Shown: positions 63,837 to 64,000 of the stretch, piece by piece
How positions within the stretch are numbered: the stretch's first letter is position 1
How the letters are laid out: each line of letters begins with the position of its first letter
From: a virus
Lineage: Duplodnaviria; Caudoviricetes
Length of the DNA: 64,000 nt
Virus record (IMG/VR): IMGVR_UViG_3300033061_001635
Coordinates: 96,001 to 160,000 of that record
Strand: one strand, 5' to 3'
The notes under the pieces: model-generated
What the model was told of the DNA's origin: nothing
What the model saw: the letters and a program-made list of their open reading frames with translations, nothing else
Databases searched by the model: none
Made by a program: the position numbers and the translations under genes

Positions 63837-64000
63837 ATGAAAATTTTTATGCTATTAGTTTGTGGTTTGTTTTGTTGTATTGGAAATAGTAGTAATGCTT
63901 GTGAATGGACAAGAGCAAGAAATATTCATACTCAGCCAGTTTATGCTCCTGTTCAGCAGCTTCAGCCAGTTGTATCATGGTCTTATGTTCAACAGAATGT
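63837..64000 (+). CDS. Putative secreted protein (truncated at window edge)
   Basis: AGGAG RBS, MKIFMLLVCGLFCCIGNSSNA signal-peptide-like start, TATAAT at 63791-63796. Confidence 0.6.
   Translation, partial: MKIFMLLVCGLFCCIGNSSNACEWTRARNIHTQPVYAPVQQLQPVVSWSYVQQN

Noticed and set aside
1-64000. Alternative genetic code, tRNA genes, integrase, tail sheath
   Set aside because: Genes are long and tightly packed under the standard code. Intergenic gaps are short with no cloverleaf noticed, and no integrase or sheath motifs were recognised.

Overview
A 64 kb AT-rich segment of a large tailed-phage genome holding a head-packaging and tail-morphogenesis module, almost all on the minus strand. No tail sheath gene is visible, so it is probably a siphovirus. 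Read right to left: sigma-like factor, putative small terminase, GDP-mannose 4,6-dehydratase (gmd), HNH and ERCC4 nucleases, large terminase, portal, prohead protease with a nested scaffold, decoration protein, major capsid protein, a cluster of fibre/adhesin genes, neck proteins, three paralogous tail-tube genes, tail chaperones, a 5,986-aa tape measure protein (TMP), and an FN3-containing tail protein missed by the ORF track that runs off the left edge. The best candidate for an undescribed system is the TMP. It reads as a polyprotein of enzyme domains: SNase nuclease, three HExxH peptidases, P-loop kinase, HIGH nucleotidyltransferase, PD-(D/E)xK nuclease, HAD phosphatase, GNAT, EF-hands and a possible ADP-ribosyltransferase. 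Most domain boundaries carry a recurring [FYL]-x-x-GG motif, and five copies of a DTVPAMLxPGEFV module bracket the cargo blocks, suggesting a processed effector cartridge injected with the DNA. Other signals are a strict C-terminal D(G/C)G / N-terminal Ixx[KR][KR] pairing between adjacent fibre genes, a GTGTAT putative late-promoter motif 38-58 bp upstream of seven starts, and a terminator directly in front of the TMP. All domain calls come from motifs read by eye; no searches were run.
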